From: Pseudomonas aeruginosa
Lineage (GTDB): Bacteria; Pseudomonadota; Gammaproteobacteria; Pseudomonadales; Pseudomonadaceae
Length of the DNA: 32,000 nt
Direction: 5' to 3'
NCBI RefSeq assembly: GCF_001457615.1
Contig: NZ_LN831024.1
Location: 150,001-182,000 of the forward strand
Made by a program: the position numbers and the translations under genes. Positions 8,089 to 15,832 of this stretch are shown piece by piece. The notes below the pieces were generated by a model that saw only the letters and a list, made by a program, of their open reading frames with translations, did no database searches and was not told the origin of the DNA. Numbering within the stretch: the first letter of the stretch is position 1; each line of letters begins with the position of its first letter.

Positions 8089-8652
8089 ATGTCCCTGATC
8101 AACACTCAAGTCCAACCGTTCAAGGTCAACGCTTTCCACAACGGCAAGTTCATCGAGGTGACCGAGGAATCCCTGAAGGGCAAGTGGTCGGTCCTGATCT
8201 TCATGCCGGCTGCCTTCACCTTCAACTGCCCGACCGAGATCGAAGACGCCGCCAACAACTACGGCGAGTTCCAGAAAGCCGGTGCCGAGGTCTACATCGT
8301 GACCACCGACACCCACTTCTCGCACAAGGTCTGGCACGAAACCTCCCCGGCAGTCGGCAAGGCCCAGTTCCCGCTGATCGGCGACCCGACCCACCAGCTG
8401 ACCAACGCCTTCGGCGTGCACATCCCGGAAGAAGGCCTGGCCCTGCGCGGTACCTTCGTGATCAACCCGGAAGGCGTGATCAAGACCGTCGAGATCCACT
8501 CCAACGAGATCGCCCGTGACGTCGGCGAGACCGTGCGCAAGCTGAAGGCCGCCCAGTACACCGCCGCCCACCCGGGCGAAGTCTGCCCGGCCAAGTGGAA
8601 GGAAGGCGAGAAGACCCTCGCTCCGTCCCTGGACCTGGTCGGCAAGATCTAA
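8089..8652 (+). CDS. ahpC: alkyl hydroperoxide reductase subunit C (typical 2-Cys peroxiredoxin)
   Basis: ATG at 8089, preceded by GAGAGAGG. 187 aa: MSLINTQVQPFKVNAFHNGKFIEVTEESLKGKWSVLIFMPAAFTFNCPTE...GEVCPAKWKEGEKTLAPSLDLVGKI. The peroxidatic and resolving Cys motifs are both present. The track ORF start at 8020 is an upstream extension. Confidence 0.97.
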   Translation: MSLINTQVQPFKVNAFHNGKFIEVTEESLKGKWSVLIFMPAAFTFNCPTEIEDAANNYGEFQKAGAEVYIVTTDTHFSHKVWHETSPAVGKAQFPLIGDPTHQLTNAFGVHIPEEGLALRGTFVINPEGVIKTVEIHSNEIARDVGETVRKLKAAQYTAAHPGEVCPAKWKEGEKTLAPSLDLVGKI

Positions 8653-8686
8653 GACCGCGCCGGCGGCATTCGCCGCCAGCCTCTCC

Positions 8687-8715
8687 GGCGGACGATCCCT
8701 CGCGGATCGTCCGCC
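8687..8715 (+). terminator. perfect 12-bp hairpin between ahpC and ahpF (partial terminator or attenuator)
   Basis: GGCGGACGATCC-ctcgc-GGATCGTCCGCC. No T-tract follows (CTTCACCC), so I expect read-through into ahpF. A second small hairpin, GGCGGC-attc-GCCGCC, lies at 8662-8677. Confidence 0.45.
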
Positions 8716-8796
8716 CTTCACCCAGCCAACGCGCCGTGCAGGGCGGATGTCCCATCCGCCGGGGATACGTTTGCCCGAATTTCGAGGAGCTGAACC

Positions 8797-10362
8797 ATGT
8801 TGGACGCCAATCTTAAAACCCAGTTGAAGGCCTACCTGGAAAAGGTCAGCCAGCCGTTCGAGATCGTCGCGTCCCTCGATGACAGCGACAAATCCCGCGA
8901 GCTGCTGGGCCTGCTGCAAGACATCGTCGGCCTGACCGACAAGATCACCCTGAAGACCGACGGCAGCGATGCGCGCAAACCGTCGTTCTCGTTGAACCGC
9001 CCCGGTGCGGACATCGGCCTGCGCTTCGCCGGTATCCCCATGGGCCACGAATTCACCTCGCTGGTGCTGGCCCTGCTGCAGGTAGGCGGCCACCCCTCCA
9101 AGCTCGACGCGGACGTGATCGAGCAGGTCAAGGGCATCGAGGGCACCTTCGAGTTCGAAACCTACTTCTCGCTGTCCTGCCAGAACTGCCCGGACGTGGT
9201 CCAGGCGCTGAACCTGATGGCCGTGCTCAACCCGAACATCCGTCACGTCGCCATCGACGGCGCGCTGTTCCAGGATGAGGTCGAGGCGCGCCAGATCATG
9301 TCGGTGCCGAGCATCTACCTCAACGGCGAAGTCTTCGGCCAGGGCCGCATGGGCGTGGAAGAGATCCTCGCCAAGATCGACACCGGCGCCGCCGCCCGCG
9401 ACGCCGAGAAGCTGACCGCCCGCGACGCCTTCGACGTGCTGGTGGTCGGCGGTGGCCCGGCCGGAGCCGCGGCGGCGATCTACGCCGCGCGCAAGGGCAT
9501 TCGCACCGGCGTCGCCGCCGAGCGCTTCGGCGGCCAGGTGCTGGACACCATGGCCATCGAGAACTTCATCTCGGTGCAGGAGACCGAAGGGCCGAAGCTG
9601 GCACGGGCGCTGGAAGAGCACGTGCGTCACTACGAGGTCGACATCATGAACCTGCAGCGCGCCAGCAAGCTGGTTCCGGCGAAGAACGCCGGCGAGTTGC
9701 ACGAGGTGCGGTTCGAGAGCGGCGGCAGCCTCAAGGCCAAGACCCTGATCCTCGCCACCGGCGCTCGCTGGCGCGAAATGGGCGTGCCCGGCGAGCAGGA
9801 ATACAAGGCCAAGGGCGTGTGCTTCTGCCCGCACTGCGATGGCCCGCTGTTCAAGGGCAAGCGCGTGGCGGTGATCGGCGGCGGCAACTCTGGCGTCGAG
9901 GCGGCCATCGACCTGGCCGGCATCGTCGCCCACGTGACCCTGCTGGAATTCGACAGCAAGTTGCGCGCCGACGCCGTGCTGCAACGCAAGCTCTACAGCC
10001 TGCCGAACGTTGAGGTGATCACCAGTGCTCTGACCAGCGAAGTGAAGGGCGACGGCCAGAAGGTCACCGGCCTGGTGTACAAGGACCGCAACTCCGAGGA
10101 GTTCAAGTCGATCGAGCTGGAAGGCATCTTCGTGCAGATCGGCCTGCTGCCCAACACCGAGTGGCTCAAGGGCAGCGTCGAGCTGTCGCCGCGTGGCGAG
10201 ATCATCGTCGACGCCCGTGGCGAGACCTCGCTGCCCGGCATCTTCGCCGCCGGCGACGTGACCACGGTGCCGTACAAGCAGATCGTGATCGCCGTGGGCG
10301 AGGGCGCCAAGGCTTCGCTGAGCGCCTTCGACCACCTGATCCGGACCTCCGCGCCGGAGTGA
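8797..10362 (+). CDS. ahpF: alkyl hydroperoxide reductase subunit F (NADH-dependent AhpC reductase)
   Basis: 521-aa ORF with GAGGAG 8 nt upstream. N-terminal thioredoxin-like CQNCP. FAD/NAD motifs [19 protein letters not shown] and [12 protein letters not shown]. Redox-active CPHCDG. Confidence 0.97.
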   Translation: MLDANLKTQLKAYLEKVSQPFEIVASLDDSDKSRELLGLLQDIVGLTDKITLKTDGSDARKPSFSLNRPGADIGLRFAGIPMGHEFTSLVLALLQVGGHPSKLDADVIEQVKGIEGTFEFETYFSLSCQNCPDVVQALNLMAVLNPNIRHVAIDGALFQDEVEARQIMSVPSIYLNGEVFGQGRMGVEEILAKIDTGAAARDAEKLTARDAFDVLVVGGGPAGAAAAIYAARKGIRTGVAAERFGGQVLDTMAIENFISVQETEGPKLARALEEHVRHYEVDIMNLQRASKLVPAKNAGELHEVRFESGGSLKAKTLILATGARWREMGVPGEQEYKAKGVCFCPHCDGPLFKGKRVAVIGGGNSGVEAAIDLAGIVAHVTLLEFDSKLRADAVLQRKLYSLPNVEVITSALTSEVKGDGQKVTGLVYKDRNSEEFKSIELEGIFVQIGLLPNTEWLKGSVELSPRGEIIVDARGETSLPGIFAAGDVTTVPYKQIVIAVGEGAKASLSAFDHLIRTSAPE

Positions 10363-10392
10363 CCCGGCCAGCGACCGTCGAACCAGGGACGC

Positions 10393-10425
10393 CCGGAGCG
10401 CGAAAGCGCCCCGGACGTTTTCGTT
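10393..10425 (+). terminator. intrinsic terminator after ahpF
   Basis: CCGGAGCGC-gaaa-GCGCCCCGG (8 of 9 bp paired, GAAA tetraloop), followed by ACGTTTTCGTT. It sits in the 79-bp convergent gap with ppk2. Confidence 0.6.
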
Positions 10426-10441
10426 GGCGCGACCGCCCGCC

Positions 10442-11514
10442 TCAGGCCGGGATATCCAGGTTCGCGTGGCCCGGCGCGGCGGCCGCCTCGGCGTAGACCT
10501 TCTCGTCCTCCTCGATCACCCGCGAGGCCGGCCCCACCAGCAACGGGTCGGGCTCATGGGCGATGCGCCGGTCCTTGTCCGGGTAGTCCAGCGAGTGCAG
10601 GAAGTGGCGGATGCAGTTGAGTCGCGCGCGCTTCTTGTCGTCGGACTTGATGACCGTCCACGGCGCGTCGGCGGTGTCGGTATGGAAGAACATCGCCTGC
10701 TTGGCGGCGGTGTAGTCGTCCCACTTGTCCAGAGACTTGATGTCGATGGGCGACAGCTTCCAGTGCTTGAGCGGATCGTCGCGGCGCGAGATGAAGCGCC
10801 GCAGTTGTTCCTCGCGGCTCACCGAGAACCAGTACTTGAACAGCAGGATGCCGCTGTTGGTGAGCATACGCTCCAGCTCCGGCGCCTGGCGCATGAACTC
10901 CAGGTATTGCAGCGGCGAACAGAAGCCCATGACCCGCTCGACGCCGGCGCGGTTGTACCAGGAGCGGTCGAAGAAGACCATCTCGCCGGCGGTGGGCAGA
11001 TGTTGGATGTAGCGCTGGAAATACCACTGGCCCTGCTCCTGGGAGGACGGTTTCTCCAAGGCTACGATCCGCGCGCCGCGCGGGTTCAGGTGTTCCATGA
11101 AGCGCTTGATGGTGCCGCCCTTGCCGGCGGCGTCGCGGCCTTCGAACAGGACCACCACGCGCTGGCCGGTCTCCTTCACCCAGCTCTGCACCTTGAGCAG
11201 TTCGATCTGCAGGTCGTGCTTGGCCTTCTCGTACTCGTTGCGGCGCATCCGCGTGTGATAGGGATAGTTCGCCGGCAGGCTCGCCGAGGTGCTGTCCTCG
11301 CTGCTGCCGTGGGGCGCACTGGCGACCTGCAGGGCCACCGGCTTCTGGCTGATTGCCTGGATCTCCTCGCGGGCCTTCTGCGCCGGGCTGGCCACTCGCG
11401 GGCGGCGGGTCGCCGGCTTGCGCGGGCGCGGCGGGCGGCTGGCCGGGCCGGCTTGGCCGGCTGCGCGGCGGGTTGCTCGGGGGAGGGGGGACTGACAGTG
11501 GGTTCTTCGCTCAT
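10442..11514 (-). pseudogene. ppk2: polyphosphate kinase 2 (polyP:NDP phosphotransferase) with an apparent -1 frameshift in the 5' region. The catalytic domain (10442..11395) is intact.
   Basis: ORF 10442..11395 (GTG start, no SD) encodes a complete PPK2 domain: Walker A GRDAAGKGG, FDRSWYNRAGVE, WKLSPID. The well-placed GGAAGGAG-N6-ATG at 11514 (MSEEPTVSPPSPEQPAAQPAKPARPAARRA...) is in a different frame. The distance from that ATG to the stop is 1073 nt, which is not a multiple of 3. One extra C in the run at 11424-11426 (GGG on the + strand) would give a 357-aa protein. Confidence 0.6.
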
Positions 11515-11794
11515 GCGGGACTCCTTCCGTTCTACGTTTTCAGCTATGCAGTCCCCCACTCTATGCCCCTGCCGGGAGGCGTCCGTTGACCCCCATCAAA
11601 CCGCGCCCGGCCGCCACCGGGAGGAAAGCCTTACACCTCTCCAGAAATCCCTTGTAGGATATCGCCACGCGAGTGGCGCCCCGTCGTCGCCCCGCGGACC
11701 TGGATCAGCAGACAGGGTGAACACTGAGCTGGCTCTCATCAACCGAGGGCCGGCAGCGTTCGCGCCGGCCCGCCGATCCGACGAAGGTCCGCAC

Positions 11795-13143
11795 ATGTCC
11801 CGCACCTGGATTCGCAATCCCCTCGCCATCTTCACCGCCAACGGTCTCGACGCCGCCGGCGGCCTGGTCGTCGAAGACGGCCGCATCGTCGAGCTGCTCG
11901 GCGCCGGCCAACAGCCCGCGCAGCCCTGCGCCAGCCAGTTCGACGCCAGCCGGCACGTGGTGTTGCCGGGGCTGGTCAACACCCATCACCACTTCTACCA
12001 GACCCTCACCCGCGCCTGGGCGCCGGTGGTCAACCAGCCGCTGTTCCCCTGGCTGAAGACCCTCTACCCGGTCTGGGCGCGGCTGACCCGGAGAAACTCG
12101 CACTGGCCACCAAGGTGGCGCTGGCCGAGCTGCTGTTGTCCGGCTGTACCACTGCCGCCGACCACCACTACCTGTTTCCCGGCGGCCTCGAACAGGCCAT
12201 CGACGTGCAGGCCGGGGTGGTCGAGGAACTGGGCATGCGCGCCATGCTCACCCGCGGCTCGATGAGCCTCGGCGAGAAGGACGGCGGCTTGCCGCCGCAG
12301 CAGACGGTGCAGGAAGCCGAGACCATCCTCGCCGACAGTGAGCGACTGATCGCCCGCTACCACCAGCGCGGAGACGGTGCCCGGGTGCAGATCGCCCTGG
12401 CGCCCTGCTCGCCGTTCTCGGTGACTCCGGAGATCATGCGCGCCAGCGCCGAAGTGGCGGCGCGCCACGACGTACGCCTGCACACCCACCTGGCGGAGAC
12501 CCTCGACGAGGAAGACTTCTGCCTGCAGCGCTTCGGCCTGCGTACCGTGGACTACCTGGATAGCGTCGGCTGGCTCGGCCCGCGCACCTGGCTGGCCCAC
12601 GGCATCCACTTCAACGCCGAGGAGATCCGCCGGCTCGGCGAGGCGGGCACCGGTATCTGCCATTGCCCGAGTTCGAACATGCGCCTGGCCTCGGGCATCT
12701 GCCCGACCGTGGAGCTGGAGGCGGCCGGCGCGCCGATCGGCCTGGGAGTCGATGGCTCGGCCTCCAACGACGCCTCGAACATGATCCTCGAGGCGCGCCA
12801 GGCCCTGTACCTGCAACGCCTGCGCTACGGCGCCGAGCGGATCACCCCGGAACTCGCCCTGGGCTGGGCCACCCGTGGCTCGGCACGCCTGCTCGGGCGC
12901 AGCGACATCGGCGAGCTGGCCCCCGGCAAGCAGGCCGACCTGGCCTTGTTCAAGCTCGACGAGCTGCGCTTCTCGGGTAGCCACGACCCGCTCTCGGCGC
13001 TGCTGCTGTGCGCTGCCGACCGTGCCGACCGGGTAATGGTCGGCGGCGCCTGGCGAGTGGTCGACGGTGCCGTGGAAGGGCTCGACCTGGCCGCCCTGAT
13101 CGCCCGCCACCGCGAGGCGGCGAGCGCCCTGATCGCCGGGTGA
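11795..13143 (+). pseudogene. 8-oxoguanine deaminase-type amidohydrolase (TRZ/ATZ / SsnA-like), split by a -1 frameshift near 12087-12089
   Basis: The N-terminal part, from the ATG at 11795, reads MSRTWIRNPLAIFTANG...LPGLVNTHHHFYQTLTRAWAPVVNQPLFPWLKTLYPVWARLT, then degenerates (RRNSHWPPRWRW...) and stops at 12265. The frame of ORF 12115..13143 reads upstream as PEKLALATKVALAELLLSGCTTAADHHYLFP and continues through HTHLAET, HCPSSNMRLASG and GLGVDGSASND to a normal C-terminus. CTGACCCGGAG at 12083-12093 would need CCCC to stay in frame. Confidence 0.8.
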
Positions 13144-13151
13144 GGCGGGCG

Positions 13152-13184
13152 CCGACAGAGGAGGCGCCAGGCTTCCTCTGTCGG
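13152..13184 (+). terminator. strong hairpin after the amidohydrolase gene
   Basis: CCGACAGAGGA...TCCTCTGTCGG is an 11-bp perfect stem, extendable to about 14 bp, starting 9 nt after the stop. The T-tract is weak (TTCGCA). Confidence 0.5.
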
Positions 13185-13250
13185 TTCGCATAGGTCGGCG
13201 CGTGGCCCGCAACTGGCTAGACTGTGGCATTCCCCACCAGGAGCCGCCCC

Positions 13251-14303
13251 ATGTCACGCGCCGCCCGCCCATGCAATCGCTTTTGCAGCCTTCTGCTAGG
13301 ACTCGCCCTGCTGATGCCCGCCAGCCTTCCTCTGTCCGCTGCCGAAACGGTGGCGCCGCCATTGCCGCGGACGCTGATCATCGACACCGATCCGGGCGCC
13401 GACGATGTGATCGCCCTGCTGTTCGCCATGGCCTCGCCGAAGGAGCTGAAGATCCAGGCGCTGACCACCGTCGCCGGCAACGTGCCGCTGGAAAAGACCG
13501 CGCGTAACGCCCGGCTGGCCCGCGAGTGGGGCAAGCGCCCGGATATTCCGGTCTACGCCGGCGCCCCGCGACCGCTGCTGCGCACGCCGATCTACGCCGC
13601 CGACGTGCACGGCAGCGAAGGCATCAGCGGCGTCGAGGTGCATGAGCCGAAGCAGCCGCTGGCCGAAGGTAACGCCGTGGACTACCTGATCCGCACCTTG
13701 CGTGCGGCGCCGGAGAAGAGCGTGACCCTGGCCATGCTCGGCCCGGAGACCAACCTCGCGCTGGCCCTGACCCAGGCCCCGGACATCGTCAAGGGCATCC
13801 GCGAGATCGTGATCATGGGCGGCGCCCACTTCAACGGCGGCAACATCACCCCGGCCGCCGAATTCAATATCTTCGCCGACCCCCACGCGGCGGAAATCGT
13901 GCTCAAGAGCGGGGCGCCGATCACCATGCTGCCGCTCGACGTGACCCACAAGATCCTCACCAGCCCCGAGCGCATCGCCAAGCTGCGCAACCTCGGCAAC
14001 CAGGCCGGCAAGACCGTCGCCGACATCCTCGACGCCTACGTCCAGTACGACATCAAGTACTACGGCCTGAAGGGCGGCCCGGTGCACGACGCCACGGTGG
14101 TCGCCTACCTGCTCAAGCCCTCGCTGTTCAAGGGCAAGCGGATCAACGTGCAGGTCGACAGCCGCGAGGGCATCACCTTCGGCCAGACCGTGGCCGACTG
14201 GTACGGCGGCCTCAAGCAGCCGGCCAACGTCGAGTGGATCAACGAGGGCGACGCCCAGGGGTTCTTCGACCTGCTCACCGAGCGTATCGCCCGCCTGCCC
14301 TGA
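13251..14303 (+). CDS. nuh: inosine/uridine-preferring (nonspecific) ribonucleoside hydrolase with an N-terminal signal peptide
   Basis: ATG at 13251 with AGGAG 8 nt upstream; 350 aa. The N-terminus MSRAARPCNRFCSLLLGLALLMPASLPLSAAE looks like a Sec signal. The IUNH fingerprint IIDTDPGADD follows. The track start at 13224 lacks an RBS. Confidence 0.9.
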   Translation: MSRAARPCNRFCSLLLGLALLMPASLPLSAAETVAPPLPRTLIIDTDPGADDVIALLFAMASPKELKIQALTTVAGNVPLEKTARNARLAREWGKRPDIPVYAGAPRPLLRTPIYAADVHGSEGISGVEVHEPKQPLAEGNAVDYLIRTLRAAPEKSVTLAMLGPETNLALALTQAPDIVKGIREIVIMGGAHFNGGNITPAAEFNIFADPHAAEIVLKSGAPITMLPLDVTHKILTSPERIAKLRNLGNQAGKTVADILDAYVQYDIKYYGLKGGPVHDATVVAYLLKPSLFKGKRINVQVDSREGITFGQTVADWYGGLKQPANVEWINEGDAQGFFDLLTERIARLP

Positions 14304-14330
14304 GTCTCTCGTCGTACGGCCGGCGCCGGG

Positions 14331-14957
14331 TCAGCCGTGGCGCCGGCTGGCGAGTTGGCGCAGGGCCTGCTCGGCGTCGCCGACGACTAGCGTTGCCGGC
14401 ACCGCCAGCATCAGATTGAGCGGCAGGCCGAACTCTTCCAGGGTCATGCCGTCGCGGTCGCGGGTCGGATCCTCGCCGATCAGCTCCGGGGCGTGCCGGC
14501 GGATTCGCTCGGCGTAGCTGCCGGCGTCGTCGACGTAGCCATAGACCGGCTTGCCGAGGGCGGTGGCATAGCCGACCTCGAAGGCGGTGCCGCTGTCCGG
14601 CTCGGCGCCGCGGAAGAAGTTCAGGTTGGCCAGCACCGCGTCGGCGCGTTCGATCAGGCCGATGTTGGCGCGGTAGATCCAGGCCGCCTGTTCGCGCGGC
14701 TCGGCGAGCTGTTTCGGCAGCGCGTTGTCCAGCGGGTAGAGGCCCTCGAAACCGTAGCGTGCGCACAGTGCCTTGAGTGCTTCGCCGTGGGCGACGGCGT
14801 CGGCGCGGAACACATCGGGACCGGCCAGATAGAGTTTCCGCGGCCTGGCCGCGGCGCGTACACCCGGCAGGCTGCCGAGCAGGGCGCCGGCGGGCAGCAG
14901 CAGGGCTGCCAGGCGCAGGAAGGTACGACGGCTGCTGGAACCCTTGGATCGGTTCAT
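14331..14957 (-). CDS. nucleoside 2-deoxyribosyltransferase-family protein with a twin-arginine (Tat) signal peptide
   Basis: 208-aa ORF with AGAGG 6 nt upstream of the ATG. The N-terminus MNRSKGSSSRRTFLRLAALLLPAGALLGSLPGVRAAA carries an SRRxFL Tat motif. NDT-family motifs LYLAGPDVF and EPDSGTAFEVGYA are present. Confidence 0.85.
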   Translation of the reverse strand: MNRSKGSSSRRTFLRLAALLLPAGALLGSLPGVRAAARPRKLYLAGPDVFRADAVAHGEALKALCARYGFEGLYPLDNALPKQLAEPREQAAWIYRANIGLIERADAVLANLNFFRGAEPDSGTAFEVGYATALGKPVYGYVDDAGSYAERIRRHAPELIGEDPTRDRDGMTLEEFGLPLNLMLAVPATLVVGDAEQALRQLASRRHG

Positions 14958-15078
14958 CGGATGCCTCTTGCAGGCCGGCCTCCCGGATGGGGCCGTTGTT
15001 GTCCAGCATTATGGCCGGCAAGCGACAGGCCGGGCGGCGGCTATCTGCCAGCAGCTAGGCGACGGCCTTCCCGCGATG

Positions 15079-15594
15079 TCAGGCGCGCTCGAGTTCCTCG
15101 GCGAGGCGTCGCAGAGCCTCGCGCGGGCCGCCGGCGACCAGCCGCGAAGGCACCGCCAGCATCAGGTTCAATGGCAGGCCGAAACCCTCCAGTTGCCAAC
15201 CGTCGCGGTCCTCGCCGGGGTGCTCGCCGAGCCATTCCGGGGCCAGCCGGGCGAGGCGCTCGGTGTAGGCGCCGGCATCGCTGAGGTAGGCATATACCGG
15301 CTTGCCCAGGGCCAGGGCGTAACCCACTTCGAAGGCGGTGCCGCTGTCCGGCTCGCTGCCGCGGAACGGTTCGAGGTTGGCCAGCACGCAGTCGGCGCGC
15401 TCGATCAGGCCGACATTGGCGCGGTAGATCCAGGCGGCCTGTGCGGCTGGCTCGCGGATGTCGGCGGGCAGGGCGTGGTCGAGCGGGTAGAGGCCGACGA
15501 AGCCGAACTCGGCGCAGAGCGCCTTGAGGGTTTCGCCATGGGCTTCGGCGTCGGGGCGGAAGACGTCCGGCCCGGCCAGGTAGATCGCGGTCAT
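15079..15594 (-). CDS. nucleoside 2-deoxyribosyltransferase-family protein (cytoplasmic paralog, no signal peptide)
   Basis: 171-aa ORF, MTAIYLAGPDVFRPDAEAHGETLKALCAEFGF...EPDSGTAFEVGYALALGKPVYAY. By eye it is roughly two-thirds identical to the mature part of the upstream paralog. Confidence 0.85.
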   Translation of the reverse strand: MTAIYLAGPDVFRPDAEAHGETLKALCAEFGFVGLYPLDHALPADIREPAAQAAWIYRANVGLIERADCVLANLEPFRGSEPDSGTAFEVGYALALGKPVYAYLSDAGAYTERLARLAPEWLGEHPGEDRDGWQLEGFGLPLNLMLAVPSRLVAGGPREALRRLAEELERA

Positions 15595-15832
15595 CGCGTG
15601 CGTGCCTTGTTACGGAAAGCCAGCGCCCATGGTAGCGCCATCGTGGCGGCGCCGGCATGCACCAAGCGATGGCGCGCTGCACCGTCCTGCAGCCGCGCCG
15701 GCATGACGCGGCGCGCAGAAGCGCGAGCTTGAGCGGAGTTGTCCGGGTGGTCAGGTAATTGCATCGGCGGGCGGGCTGAACGCGAAGCCACGCCCGATGG
15801 CCAACCCTGCACTCACCGGAGCACGCCCATCC

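Noticed and set aside
11663-11678. Palindrome CGCCAC-gcga-GTGGCG in the ppk2/amidohydrolase divergent promoter as a regulator site.
   Set aside because: A 6-bp GC-rich dyad is expected by chance in this composition, and I recognise no matching known motif.
13211-13230. Possible las/rhl box (AACTGGCTAGACTGTGGCAT) upstream of nuh, since I remember nuh as LasR-dependent.
   Set aside because: CTGG...GGCA half-sites are present, but the spacing is 2 nt longer than CT-N12-AG and the dyad symmetry is poor. It is not supportable from sequence alone.
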